From assembly GCA_011109175.1 (NCBI GenBank), contig RDEW01000030.1:665937-729936 (forward strand): a stretch of 64,000 nucleotides of DNA. Reading direction: 5' to 3'. Both the position numbers and the translations under genes were made by a program. The notes below the pieces were generated by a model. That model was not told where the DNA came from. It searched no databases and was given only the letters and a program-made list of their open reading frames with translations. The stretch comes from Dicyema japonicum. Lineage: Eukaryota > Animalia > Dicyemida. Of the stretch, positions 50,711 to 63,379 are shown in pieces; position 1 is the stretch's first letter; each line of letters opens with the position of its first letter.

Positions 50711-51036
50711 AAGCCGCATGGCGCCATTTGGTGCTTCGTGGCTAATTGGTTGAAGTTCTGTTTGATTGTCTGTTTCTCCTCTCTCTTCCTATTAGAATGC
50801 CGTCATGTGATCCACCTGTCTAGGTGACGCCCAGTGACAGGCCGGCACGAAAAAGGATCATTTGCTCTCCCCCACTCCACTGGAGGGGTTTCCACAACTG
50901 CATGTAATGGACGTCTTACCTTTTATGCTGATTCCGGATGGACTCTTTCTGTAGAAGTGGAAACTGGATACACTTAATTAATTGTTTACTTTAACTTCTT
51001 TCTCGGTGTATCCGGGGTTAATAAATAATAAAATAA
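50711..51036 (+). mobile_element. Short non-autonomous retroelement family A, full length
   Basis: Imperfect TSD ggaagattt(g)aat at 50698-50710 and 51037-51048; A/T-rich tail; matches 24879-25192. Confidence 0.9.
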
Positions 51037-51442
51037 GGAAGATTTAATCTTAAACTAAAGGTTCTTTTTGGAGAAGCCAACATCTTAGCCAAAGATGAAA
51101 TTAATTTGAATAGACAAAATATGATTGATAATTTAAAAGAAGTACCCTGATGAATTGCTAAACATGGATGAAACTGAAATCTTTTTTCAATCTTTCCCTT
51201 CTATAAAAATTTCATATAAAAATAGAAAAGCATAAAGCAATCAAAAGTGAGAATCAATATAGCTTTTTATGCTAATGCAACTAGAACAATAAAAATTAAA
51301 CCTTTTGTTATTAGGGAAGTCAAATACCAAAAATTTTTAAAAGATTTTGACTTAGAAAATTATTTACTATGCAAATAAAAGAGTTTGGATGACAACTGAA
51401 CTTTTTAATGTTATCATCAGTCATCTTAGTGATGAATTAAAA

Positions 51443-51538
51443 CATATTTATTAAAACACAAAAATCTATCAAAAGTGGTCCCCGCCTACATAATCGACGT
51501 TTATTTGTCTCTCGCGATCGCAATAGAGATAAACTGAA
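51443..51538 (-). mobile_element. 96-bp CRE-like 3' end inserted in the pogo fossil
   Basis: 14-bp TSD gtgatgaattaaaa at 51429-51442 and 51539-51552; aligns with 44432-44522. Confidence 0.8.
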
Positions 51539-51589
51539 GTGATGAATTAAAATGTTAAGAAAAAAGTTCTTTTTATTGATAATTAACCA

Positions 51590-52330
51590 TAGGGTTATTT
51601 GGTCACAGATTTATACGAATCTTCCATTTTGTGACAGGTTTCTGAATAGACCTGACAATCCAGTAGGTAAGATTAGAATTTTGTAATACCTGGTCCAGAA
51701 ACTTGTGGTCGACGCTTTTTTGACGTCAATCCAAGTGGAATTCAAACTGTTTCCATTTTGTTGATTTACGCACTTGTTGACGATAGCCTGTTCTTTCACG
51801 CCTTGGCATTCATCCTTTTATGGAATAAGATACGTTATCCCAATATAGAACCAATCACAAGGCGTATATTCATAATTCATAATCTTCTTAATCTCCTCAC
51901 AAAGATATTTATTAACCGAAGTTATGTTCTTAATAACAAAGTTATAGACTCCATTACATCAAGATGCTTTCCAATTTAAAAGCATCTTGATGTCTCGGTA
52001 ATTTCCTCCTCAGTGAAATCAGCAAAAGAGTTCTCTCATCCGGTCATTTTTTGCTAATAAAGAAATTGCTCTTCTTTCTCTCTTCCTTATTTTAAATACT
52101 ACTCCAAAATGGAAGACATTCCTCCTCATTGAAATTGATGACCGCCTTCTTATTATCTCCATTTATAATTCTATAAAATCGCCTTCTATTCAATTTGAAG
52201 CACCAGTTGGCACTTCTAAACCTCTTTCTCGGTTTGTAAACACGCAATTTATCACAAGTTTTGTTTGATCGCGAACACATGAAGAAAGCCTCTCGAATTA
52301 TACCCCTCTTCGATTCTTAAAGTTATATGA
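51590..52330 (-). mobile_element. R4/Dong-like LINE RT fragment nested in the pogo fossil
   Basis: KEQAIVNKCVNQQNGNSLNSTWIDVKKA; NWKASxCNGVYN; NRRRFYR. Confidence 0.75.
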
Positions 52331-52939
52331 GCATAAAGTATTGCGTATTTCTCCAAGCCACGTTTTAACGAAATATTTTGAAAATTAAAAATTTTATTCC
52401 TTCTAAAAAACACAACTGCTCATCTTCAACCAATGGATTCAGGCATAATCAAGAACTTTAAGCATTATTATGAAAAGACTTATTTTTGATTATATGGAAG
52501 TCCTTAATTTGGAAAAAAAGTTTCGTGAATTTACGGAAGGCCATCATTATGGTATCTCACGAATGAAGTAAAGAAAACACAAAAATTGTTTCAAAAAACA
52601 TGGGCAATTAAATGTCTTGAATTAGTGCTAATGAAGATATCAAACAAGATCCTTTAGGTAATGAGTAAAAAAAGAACTGGAAGAACTTGCTAATGAAGAA
52701 AAAAATAACTCAAACAGAAATGCTCGACGATAACGAAATCTTTTTTGTGAAAATTATAATGACGACGGAGAAATTATAGATGCTGAAAATGGAGAGATTA
52801 TTATGGATGAAAACATAAATATTAATTACAATGAAATTAGTATATTTATTGTCTTCACAATCAGAAATTCTTCAAATCGAAAGGCATCAAATTTTTTGTT
52901 CGGATTAATGAGGGTTTACTGTATATTCCTCAACAGCGA

Positions 52940-53400
52940 ATTTCTCCCAGTGGCTAATTATCCTAAAACTCTCGGAGTCACGCTACTCTGTTTTAACAAA
53001 CACGTTTAAGGACTTTTTATAAGAGCAAAGTGAAAATTAAACATTCTTCGAGTAGTAGCTGGGAAAAAAAGTATCTTACGTTTTTGTACAAACAATTAAT
53101 TAAGACGACATTAAACTATTCCTCCCCAAGCTGGGTCCCATGCATAGCACTCTCCCTCCTACAAAAGTTGTGACAGGTCCAATTAAATGAGGAACTTACA
53201 ATATCTCAAACAAACGCTTGACCCATACCACCCAACCTTCCCAGTTACTTGATTCAACTAACTGCAGACACATAAGAACATTCACTAATCTCCAAAGAAC
53301 ACTCAGGAAAATCCCATCTCCGGCAAAAGACAAAATCTGGACCAAAATTTACTTTTTGTCCACTCTATAGGAACCCTCTAAGAAGAACGAGATACTGGAA
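52940..53400 (+). mobile_element. Jockey/I-like LINE 3' fragment
   Basis: PKTLGVTL..YKQLI..LNYSSPSW..LQKL. Confidence 0.55.
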
Positions 53401-53680
53401 CGCAGATCTCATGTATCTGCTCAAATTGACGTATTATTTATAATATAGCATTTATAAGTCAGAAAATAAATTAATACTCCGAAGAAACTCGTTCGCGATC
53501 CACGCAGTCGGCTTCCTCAACTAACATTTGTTTCTTTGTTAAATAATTGTGTAATAGAAAAAAATAAATTGAAAATTATATTTTTGAATTATTCAGATTA
53601 AAGTCTACTAGAATTTAGATTGGCATAATCATGAGTCTTAATTTAAATATTTAAAAATAAAAAAATAGTAATTTGTCAGG

Positions 53681-55151
53681 TCACCATGTGACATTAATAA
53701 TGTTGGGGATAACACGGCGAAATTCGAGCCGTTTGGGAACAACAGGAAATTTATCCCAGGCAGTAAAGTTGGATTCTTCCCTGCAGAGTTTTTCAAGGGA
53801 GTCAACATCAGACTGACCGCTGATCTGTCCGCCCCCACCAAGACATCCATTATTACAGGCCATAATCTCCACAAAGTCGTATTCACACCGATTCCGTTTT
53901 ATCCGTTGTACCAAATTATGAATATTCCTAAAGCCATAGACATAGCCAAAACGGAGATCTCTACACAGTCCCCCAGAGGACGCCTCCAATACGACTTCTC
54001 TTAATCCCTTCGACCTAAATGACTCGCAATGTATACTTTGTAGCAATAAAATGCTGAGATGGTGAGAATTCCCCACGGTTAAGCTCCTCAAAAGTTCTTT
54101 TGTAAGCACGATAGAGAAGTGAACCAGAACAATCGTCATGTGGGATAACCACTTCTCTTTCAGACTCATCGAATCTATATAAGCGAGACAACATACATTA
54201 TGTCAAATCTCTCCTCTGGCGAATCTCTAAACCACGTAGGAAACCCTTCAAAATTCTCACAGAGTATGGTATACAATTCCTCTACCAATTACCCACAACG
54301 AAAACCAGTAGTGAGGACAGAATCTATATGGGAGTCAGTCCGGAGTGCCTCAATACGTCTGTCATAGCAGGACATCACTGAAACAACATACAAACTGCTT
54401 TTTGACCAACTTAATGGTCTAAGGTTGCTACAAAAAAAGACTTGAGTCGCTCTTTAATAATCTGAGCCATAATCGTCTGTGCTGAAGGGATTCTACTCAT
54501 GTGGGGGAAGAAAAGCTCTCCCAACATCTTCTCAGCATAGGAGACCCAACCTGAATAAAATATCAAAATACCAGGACACGTGGAAGTCAATAGAGGAAGC
54601 TTGCCTTCCTCCTTTAACGCAGATAGGAACTCATCGGCCACATAGGTGACCATTACTTCGCTGGCTACGTTGAGGTTGAATACAAGATCGACCCCTTAGT
54701 TATTTTTAAAAGCAAACCGAGTGTCTTCAACAATGAGACTAATTTACGAGCAGATTTACTGATTGATTCCCCAAATTGAGATGCAAAAGAAACGAAGGTC
54801 TGATTGCAAACAAAGACGACAATAAGCGGACTTTTTTGCTAAAAATAAATGAATCAAGCATGACATTTTTATTTTTGAGGGTTCTTTTGAAATCCTCTGC
54901 GATGGAAGAAGAAAGGAGTAGGGACTCTGTGGACGTGATGCATCCACTACATGACAAACAATCACTCAAATTAATTTTAACTTCTTTCCCTTAGAATTAT
55001 ATTTATTATTAAAACTATTGTCGTTTCTTGTGGTTTTTGCATCATTTGTCAGGATTATACAACTCTATTGATTATCAGTGCTTAATACCTGACTGGGCTT
55101 CAGAAAGTCGTTTAGAGTGGAATTATTGATTATCGAACTGAATTTATTCAT
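53681..55151 (-). CDS. CIAO3: Cytosolic Fe-S cluster assembly factor NARFL/Nar1 (hydrogenase-like), multi-exon
   Basis: LNDFLKPSQ; INLSDCLSCSGCITSTE; LLTSTCPG..WVSYAEK; VMSCYDRRIEA; EIMACNNGCLGGGGQ; terminal Trp. Confidence 0.93.
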
Positions 55152-55284
55152 TTACACACATGGAAGGAAACGTGCAAATACATAATTTAAATTTTATTTT
55201 TTTCTATATTAATTTAATAAAAAATTAATTAAAAATATAAATTTAATTTCACTCTTGCAAATAATGTTGCGAATTATCTCGTGG

Positions 55285-55530
55285 CCCCATATGGTGCTAC
55301 GTGGATAGTTGTCATTGGTGCTACGTGGGTAGTTGTATTTTCCTTCCTTCCAATGCGTCACTGAATCCACTTTACTGAGGAGGCGCCCAATGCCTGGCCG
55401 TCATCAAGAGGATCCAACAATTCTTCCCCGTCGTTATCTGGTGACAAGTTCTGGAATGGTGGAACGAGTCAGGATCGAGGAGTTAGTTAGTCTGGTTACC
55501 CTTGGTCTTTGGAAATAATTTTAATTTAAT
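55285..55530 (+). mobile_element. Short non-autonomous retroelement family B
   Basis: Aligns with the reverse complement of 11645-11880; internal 23-bp tandem duplication in the head. Confidence 0.8.
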
Positions 55531-55544
55531 TTTTAACTATTAAT

Positions 55545-56020
55545 TATCAGATAAGTGGAAACAATTAGACGTTGAAAGTAAATCTCAGTGGGAAAGTAAG
55601 CTAAAGATATACAAATGCTTTCTCGTGCCAATCCTAATATATAATTGCTGGACATGGGGCTTGTCGAAAAAGGCTATGGAGAGTATTGACAGCTTTCACC
55701 GCATCATGCTCTGGAATGCACTCAATATACAATATAACGCAAAATTATATAAATTATGTAACACAGAAACAATATCGATTGAAATCCGGCGATCAAGATG
55801 GAGACTGTTAGGTCACATTTTGAGGATAGACTTGGACTTACCAGTAAATCGTGTGATGGAGGAATATTTTTTAGAACAAGGAAGATTTTTTTTAGAAAGT
55901 CCAGGACAGCTCTACTATCTTTACTAAAACTAAAAACGGCCAACGATCTCGATGATCTAAGAGAACTTGCGAAAAGAGGGGACCTTAAATAAGACTGGTA
56001 CAAAGGGTGGCCTGCGGACA
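55545..56020 (+). mobile_element. RTE-like LINE 3' fragment
   Basis: PILIYNCWTWGLSKKAMESIDSFHR..RWRLLGHILR..DDLRELAKRG. Confidence 0.8.
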
Positions 56021-56189
56021 AGGGAACCTTAATTGACTTTGTTTTTTATGTGTTCTCGGCGTTGTCGATAATAATAATTAGACGTTAGATAAACGTGGTG
56101 TGTCTTGTATTATTTTCTTTTTAATTCTGCTTATTTAAGAATTTCTGTAGAAGTTAAATAACGTGCTGTGTCTTTTCGAAAATGTCTGT

Positions 56190-56900
56190 TTATTAAGAAG
56201 CGGGTTTTTGGGGCTCGATGCCAGTTTTGGATGACTACAGTAGTAGGGGAAGATAATCCCTGCAACATTTGTTTTCCTAGTAACTAGCGAAAGCTTTAAA
56301 TTTTGATTGTTCCTTCATAACTAACCTCCTCTCCCATTTATCAAAGTCATCATTTGATTCTTACTTCCCTCACTCAATCACTGGTAAACTTTTCCTAATA
56401 TCAGTCTCTCTAGAAAGCTGATCAACGTCAAAAAATTCACTTTCATCTTCCTCATACTTAATTTTTTTGGGTTCATTGTTGTCTGCCAAATCGACTGACA
56501 AGACCAACTGAATGGAAAAAAAACTACAAATCAACACAGTGAAGATATTTTTCGTTCAGTGGAAAAAGAGACTGACTGCTGTTAATAAACTAAGTGCTTT
56601 ATACTGGTAAGGCCCGGACTCCGAAGCAACGTTGTAAAATACAAAAACGCGTTTCTTGGACCGATCTATCCGAGAGGCGAATAAAGGTGAAATCCTGAAT
56701 AACGACCATAATAAGAAATATATTCCCATTAAATATAAAAAAAACTGGAATATATTTATCAAAGTCTTAGAAAAGTGAGAAATTGGTGGATGCACGTGAG
56801 CTAAAAAGAAGGCGAAGTTCATGAGCACAGATGGATTTGAGGCCGAGGATGTCGGAAACTTACAAAGAAAGTACAGTACCAACTTCTTAGAAAGGAGTTT
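56190..56900 (-). CDS. Putative multi-pass membrane protein fragment, unrecognised
   Basis: 108-aa ORF with hydrophobic stretches followed by an acidic tract; splicing unresolved. Confidence 0.3.
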
Positions 56901-57900
56901 TTAATTGGTATCAACACCGCAATATCACGGATATTGTTTATGCTGGACAGCGGGCGTATGAGGTTTTTTCACATCGTGCCCGAAAGAAAAGCGATTGGAT
57001 CCACAATATGTAAACCAAACTTACAAAACTGAAGAAGCAGTTTGAACAAATAGTAGAGCTAACCGAACAGAGAGGAAATCAAAAATATGATGATGAAACG
57101 AGAGATATACGTTGTCAATATGGATATCGAAATTCAAAAAAGGATGAATTCGGGAGAATAGATGATTGTATTCGAGATGACATATTGTGGAGAAAATCTA
57201 GGAAGGAATTAAGAAAACATAATTGATGTTGTGAACTCAATCGAAGATATTTTATCTTGGCTTAAACGAGGAGCAAAAGAATGCTGAATTCAACGAAAGC
57301 GAGTGTCATTTACCTTCGGAGAATATTTGAAAAAACAGGCGAGCAATGAAAATACATTTTTGCTGAACAACGAGTGACCGGGGAGAAGACAAATTTGCAA
57401 AATTAAGCAAAGAAAGCATCCTTGAAGTAATTAAACAGCCCCCGAAATGGAGAGCTAGTGGATGTGATGGGTGTACCTAAAAATTCACATCAATTCATGA
57501 CCACCTATGTGGAGAAGACTCCAAGTTAATATACGGAAAGTATACTCAGATGAGTGGTTTTAAACTGAAATTACCTCTTTTATCCCTAAGAAAGACGTGT
57601 CCCCACCCAATAGGATATGAGACAAATTACATCCCCAATTTATACAAGTTAGTTACGAAGTGTGTGATAAATGTCAGACTATATTGAGGCATACCATCAG
57701 TGACAATCAATTGGGAAGCTGAAGGATGTGTCGAGGGGCTAAAGAACAGGCAATACTTAACCAGTGCATCAACCAGCAGAATGGGAATATTTTACCTCTG
57801 TCGATGGTGGATCATGACTTATGTATCGTATAACTCTGGACTTCCATTCTGGATTATAGATTTCGTGAAAGCTTGATCACGAAATGGAAGATTAAGTTAA
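56900..57900 (+). mobile_element. Decayed R4/Dong-like LINE fragment
   Basis: PKWRASGCDG; ITxIPNLYKLVTKCV; RGAKEQAILNQCIN. Confidence 0.7.
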
Positions 57901-59760
57901 TTTTTATTCACAAAGTTATTGGAGAAATCAAGATGAAGAGAGGGATACTGCAGGGTGACTCTGTCATCGCAGATCTTGTGCTGTAATGAACTTTCTAAGC
58001 GAAATATCCCAAAAAAAACTATAAATAAAACAACATCCTTGAATACTGTAATTACATATCTGAATAAGGAAATTACCAATAAAATCAGAAATAAAAACAA
58101 AAAAATGGGAGGCTGCTTTGATGTCTGTAAACAGACACACAAAGACATCATCCTTATGGAGAACACTACGGAAACTCAAAAAGATTCCCATACAACATAC
58201 ACCAGGAATTAATCCTGACACGATTATGAAATTTTATGTCAGTTTAAGCCACAAACCATATTTGAAACTGGATGATCAACCGAAACACAAGAAGAAAAAA
58301 TATCCATACATCGAATATTTCAAACCACTGGATGTATTTTATGCAATTAAATACATGAAAAATACAAAATCCAAAGGGGCGGATGACATTTCAATAACTT
58401 AATTGAAACACTTGGGGCCAATAGCAATCGATGCCCTTACTAAGATTTTCAATTTCTCAGTGAATAGAGATGAGATTCCTCATTATTGAAAAAATCACTT
58501 ATACATCCATTAACTAAAAAGAACAAAGCTTTAGACAACCCCCGGAGTTATCGTCCAATATCAATTCTTTGTGGCTTTTCAAGAACATTGTAAAATTAAT
58601 CCTCCACAAGATTACTCATCGCTTATCTGCAATCCAAAATTAATCCTCCACAAGATTACTCAACTTAAACAGATCTAACAAAACTAACTCAGTTCATCTC
58701 GGATGAACTGAACTACTCAAAACCGCATAAAAGAACGGTACTTGTCGCTCTGGATATCGAGAAGGCGTTTGATTCGGTACCGAGGAAAACTCTAACAACA
58801 AAAATTTTTGACACTGTTATCCATCCGAAATCCAGATGTGGCTGCCAATTTCATTAATGGTAGAGGCCAAGTTGTCATGAATAATAGAAAATCAAGACAA
58901 CGATACCTCCCCAACGGGGTCCCTCAAGGATCCCCTTTATCACCAACCTTGTTCAATTTATTAACAAGAGACTTTCTAAATCCAAAATACCATCCTTCTG
59001 TCTTATGCCAACAATCTCATTGTCGCAGCAAGACACCAAGACCATAAAGAAGCTGCGCGAAGGGTTCAGGAGACCCTCGACATATGAACCCATGGTTCCT
59101 CAAAAACCACATGAAAATATCTCCTGGAAGTCGAGCACTGCGATTATCTCCTCCTACAGGAAACATACATCTTTCGATCTTAAATTAACTTGGAATGGAG
59201 AGCTTATCCCAGTTAATAAGAACTCATCAATCTTTGGAGTTACATATGACCCGTTGATGACGTTCACACATCATGTGGACACAATAATATCAAGAGTTCA
59301 AAAAAAGATGGAAATCCTCAAGACCTTTGCTAGATCTACAATATCTTCACTTTCTTATCTTAAATTATTATACAAACAGTATATTCTACCGACAATGGAA
59401 CATGCATGTACGGCGTACACCCTTGTCAACATCCACGCAGAACAAATTAGAGGTCATACAAAACCAATGCCTCCGGATCCTTCTTAAATGTGACAGAATG
59501 ACGCCTACGTCAGAAATGAAGAACACATTAGATCTCAAAAAAGTTATGGAACATCTCGGTGACGAACAACAAAAATTTTTGAAAATGATGCGATCTTCTG
59601 GTAGCCCCTTGAAAATGAGTTTTTTGCCTACCAGAAGTATGCTCGAAAATTTGAGATCAAACCCTTCTTTTTTTGGACGATCATAAAAGATTGCAGACAA
59701 AGTCGAAACAAAGAAGGACGCACTGACACCGGGATAACTTAATTAGATGATAACTTTTTC
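57900..59760 (+). mobile_element. Jockey/I-like LINE, RT domain to 3' end
   Basis: KSKGADDI; SYRPISIL; LVALDIEKAFDSV; NGVPQGSPLSPTLFN; IFGVTYD; 3' acaccgggataacttaattagatgataac. Confidence 0.88.
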
Positions 59761-60159
59761 CTCTTTCCTGTGTTTCCGGAATTATAATAATAATGAAAAA
59801 AGACATCAGACAGAATGCCAAAAAAGTATAGAGACCACTCAACTTTTTTTAGTAAAGATAACTAAGAAAAATTGATATCTTTTTGATTAAAGTATTATTA
59901 AATGCCGATATTCGACCTCAGAAATTAAGGAAAAGTTATATAAAAAGATATTTGTCAAATTAAATTATGTGTCCTTTCAACTACAGCACTCCGAAAAAAT
60001 ATACATAAACTTTATGATCTTCTAAAATGTCCGCTACTTCAATTGAAATGGAACAATCTTTCTCTAATTTAAAAAAAACATGTCAAAAATAGAAATTTCA
60101 ATAAACACTATATTGAAAAATATTTCATGCTAAATCATTATTTCTTTAACCTTGCGCCT

Positions 60160-60310
60160 GCGACGCTGGAATTCTTGAGTCGTCTAGGGAATCGGATCGC
60201 TACACGTAAATGAGACCCTCGTGAGCGCTGCTGGTTATTTGAGCGAATCTCGCTCGCTATAATAGCCATGCAGTCAAGGCAGCTTCTATATAACCGTTTC
60301 TCTATTTTCT
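60160..60310 (+). mobile_element. CRE-like LINE short 3' end
   Basis: Aligns with 16590-16740 and 37215-37355. Confidence 0.75.
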
Positions 60311-60759
60311 TTCTTTTTTTACATTCTAACCTCTACACGATTGTTTGATGATAAAGTTAAAACTTCTTTATAAATCGGAAATTTTGACCTAAAAAATTGA
60401 CTTTATTGATAGTTTTTGTTAATTTCAATATAAAATATCCTAAAATGATTTCTTAGATTGATTATTTTTGAGAATAATTTAAAATACAGATTAAGTATTT
60501 GTGATATTTCGTTTACAGTTAAACGCGAAAAAAACAAAATAGTTTGAAAAAAAATTAATTGTCTTATGAGACACTCTAAATAGCCTTTTCCTTTTTGACA
60601 AGAGTTTACAACCATGACTCACCAATTGACTTTTCAGCCGATCGGCTTTTTGGGTGAATTGGTGACGACATCTCTATTGCACTATGTCTTATTCGTATTC
60701 TTTACCGACTTCTCCGTTCACTCTGGGAACTTTCAATTGCAGAGGACTTAAACAACCTC

Positions 60760-61260
60760 ACAAGAAACACCAACTGGTATGCGACCAAGCCACAAGAAAA
60801 GGATAAAACTAAACACCAGGCTCAGAATATACAAAGCTTTTGTCATCCCGGTACTAACCTACAACTCTGGGATTTGGAGAATCTCTAAACGGAAAATGGA
60901 CCGTCTTGACTTTTTCCACAGAGCTCAGCTCAAATCGGTAATCAAGATTAACTGGCCTATAAAGATCTCTGATGCAAACCTTTATAATAAATGCAAATAC
61001 AGCGTGCTGTCAGATGATATTTTCAATCAAGACGTCTAAATGACCAGGTCCCCTCAAATTTCGCAATGGTCAACTACTTCGCACACACAGGAGCCGGATT
61101 TCGTGGAAGACCAAGAACGACACTTCCGACTATCTTGAACGAAGACCTATCGGCGGTTGGTATGAGACTAACTTCGGCGGACGATCTGAACTACCTAAGA
61201 GAACTAGCGCGCAACAGAGGATCATGTCGAAGTTGACGGAGAGGATGATTAGGAATACGG
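60760..61260 (+). mobile_element. RTE-like LINE 3' fragment
   Basis: RLRIYKAFVIPVLTYNSGIW..DFFHRAQLKSV..GRPRTTLPTILNEDL. Confidence 0.8.
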
Positions 61261-61344
61261 CACAATTAACTAATTTTCTCGCGAGTGATTTTAATAATAA
61301 TAATAATTCCTAATTTTTTTCTTAAGATGTCCTAATTGTACAAT

Positions 61345-61590
61345 TTTGTTTTTAAAATGTCCTTGTGGGAGACATAGAACCGGACCGACTACTCTGGAGG
61401 CCCTCATTAAACAAAACTCCGGCATGCGGGAAGGTGGCCCTGCAAATACAGTCAGCCGCCCTGTACGAGCTTGTGTGGTACGAGGAGGAGCACCGGAAAA
61501 GAATGAGGATTTTGGCGGAGCGCATCGGGATCACGTGATAGTTAGTTTTGGTTTTACCGTGGTCTTGGTGTTAAATAAATAAATAAAATA
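61345..61590 (+). mobile_element. Jockey-like LINE 3' end inserted into a MITE-like end
   Basis: The flanks 61305-61344 and 61590-61615 rejoin into the uninterrupted 39855-39940 sequence; A-rich tail. Confidence 0.7.
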
Positions 61591-61989
61591 AAAATTGTCT
61601 TATTTTTTCCGCCCTAATAATTACTATATTGGGCAAATAGATATATAGAACCTTCCGAATTTGAGCTAATCGACCAAAACATATAGAAAATTCTTTTAGA
61701 GAATCGGATTCATTCGAAACCTGGAAACAAGCTTAGAAGACGATCGGTATCCATTACCGATAAATAAAACTTAACTTTAGCCTTTTAAAAAAATTAAAAC
61801 GCCCTATATTTTGGTACGTAATTAAATCCAGTTTTTTCTGAACAAAATAATAAAGAGAACAAAAAAATCTATTTTTTCCAAAGTTTTTTGAACCCATTTT
61901 TATTTTATTACACGTGTTGTTTCTTGTTACATGGTTCTACAAGTTACATACCAAGAAAAAGGAGAAATTATTGCTTATTATAAAGTTTG

Positions 61990-62350
61990 AAAGTCATATC
62001 GACAAATTCGAAATCTTACCGAAAGATCCCTCAGTGCTATCTCGAGAGTCATTAAAAACTTCACCATGAATGATTCCTTTGAAAGAAAAAAAGGCTCAGG
62101 CGAAGATTTTCCCTTAACTCTGATGATCTCGAAATAATTGAAGGTGAACAAAAGTGATGTTAATGTCAATTCTGTAAAATGTTCGGAAATTTTACGTTAT
62201 GAAACGGGAACTGTTGTCAGATCACAGACAGTGATAATCTAGCTGAAAAAACTGAATATATCGACGTTTCAACTCACGAAAAGGCCATATCTATCGAAAA
62301 AACACAAAACGACGAGACTTTCTCAGTGCACAAAGTGGAATCATTTAACA
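61990..62350 (+). mobile_element. Tc1-like transposase fossil
   Basis: SRVIKNF..ERKKGSG..KRPYLSKKHKTTRLSQCTKW resembles the Tc1 second HTH-to-catalytic linker. Confidence 0.6.
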
Positions 62351-62629
62351 AAGTTAATTTACGACAAGCACTAATTTAATATCTGAGGCGTGGAAAAATA
62401 TAGATCATTATTCTGTTGTACAATGGTGGAACAGAATTTACAATAAATAGTCTCGGTACACCAGGAAGAAATCTATGATTAAATTTTATGGTGAAGCAAG
62501 AAAAAGTGAAATAATAAAAGAACTTTCAATAAATTAATGATTTGGAAGAATCCATTTTAGATATTCGCATTCCCTGAAAGATTTTTACTCGTTTAGGAAA
62601 AAACTAGAGCTTATTATTAGCACTTTAAC

Positions 62630-62875
62630 GAGAGCAATAATATTTATAGCCCTGCATGTGCAGAAAAAAATATAAGAGAATTAGTTAGCTTGCTCCAAGC
62701 TCTGCTGTTCTTAACTAGGTCCCTCAGCAAGTCCAGATCGTCACCAGATGCCAATGTTTTCTTCATGGTCTTCAGATCGTTTTGTAAAACGACCGGAAGG
62801 ATAGTTCTCGGTCTTTCACGAAAGCGTTTTACATTGGAGGAGGAATATTAATCTTCCATTGCGATATTCGGGGAG
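62630..62875 (-). mobile_element. 5'-truncated RTE-like LINE 3' end
   Basis: Reverse complement is colinear with 48963-49214. Confidence 0.85.
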
Positions 62876-63379
62876 GGGGATATCGGGTCCAACCTCAGGA
62901 CGTGTCCAAAAAGTCTTCAACGAGAGCTAATGATTTCGAAACTTAATGATCTACAGTCACACTTATTGTACTAGTCCTTTCCGCGAGATCTTGGATGCCT
63001 AGGACATTCCAGTTATGTTCCTTAGATGATTCATAAGCTTAACTTGAGAAAGAAATATGGACTTGGTAGTAGAATTGAATTTTTTTGATAATACGCCACA
63101 ATAAAATTTGTTAAGTTTTTTATATATATATTATTATTTCATAAAGTTATAATTATAGTGCAACCCCGCCCCAATAAAATTTCGGCTTGGGGCACCCTCT
63201 ATATATCGGGCACTTTGCCTTTTATAACGAAAGGGGAATGACTTAATTAAAAAAGAATTCTTGTGTCTTGAAACAAAAATTTTTTGAAACCATAGCAAGG
63301 AACTGAAATCTAAGATGTATAAAGTTGGGAAAGGGACACTATCTAGAATAAGTTGGGAAAGGACAATATAAAGTTAGAA

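Larger units (their letters stand above)
51050..52760 (+). mobile_element. pogo/Tigger-like DDE transposase fossil with nested retroelement insertions
   Basis: NMDETEIFF..ANAT..KPFVI; AWMTTELF-like region; after the inserts, KNTTAHLQPMDSGIIKNFKHYY. Confidence 0.7.

Noticed and set aside
2461-56900. Ciliate-type genetic code (TAA/TAG = Gln) suggested by the tiny introns
   Set aside because: SAP18 ends at TAA at the expected position, conserved exons lack in-frame TAA/TAG, and Gln uses CAA/CAG.
57897-58221. Three overlapping 85-89 aa ORFs suggesting overlapping genes
   Set aside because: They lie in the linker region of a Jockey-like LINE; the overlapping and antisense frames are incidental.
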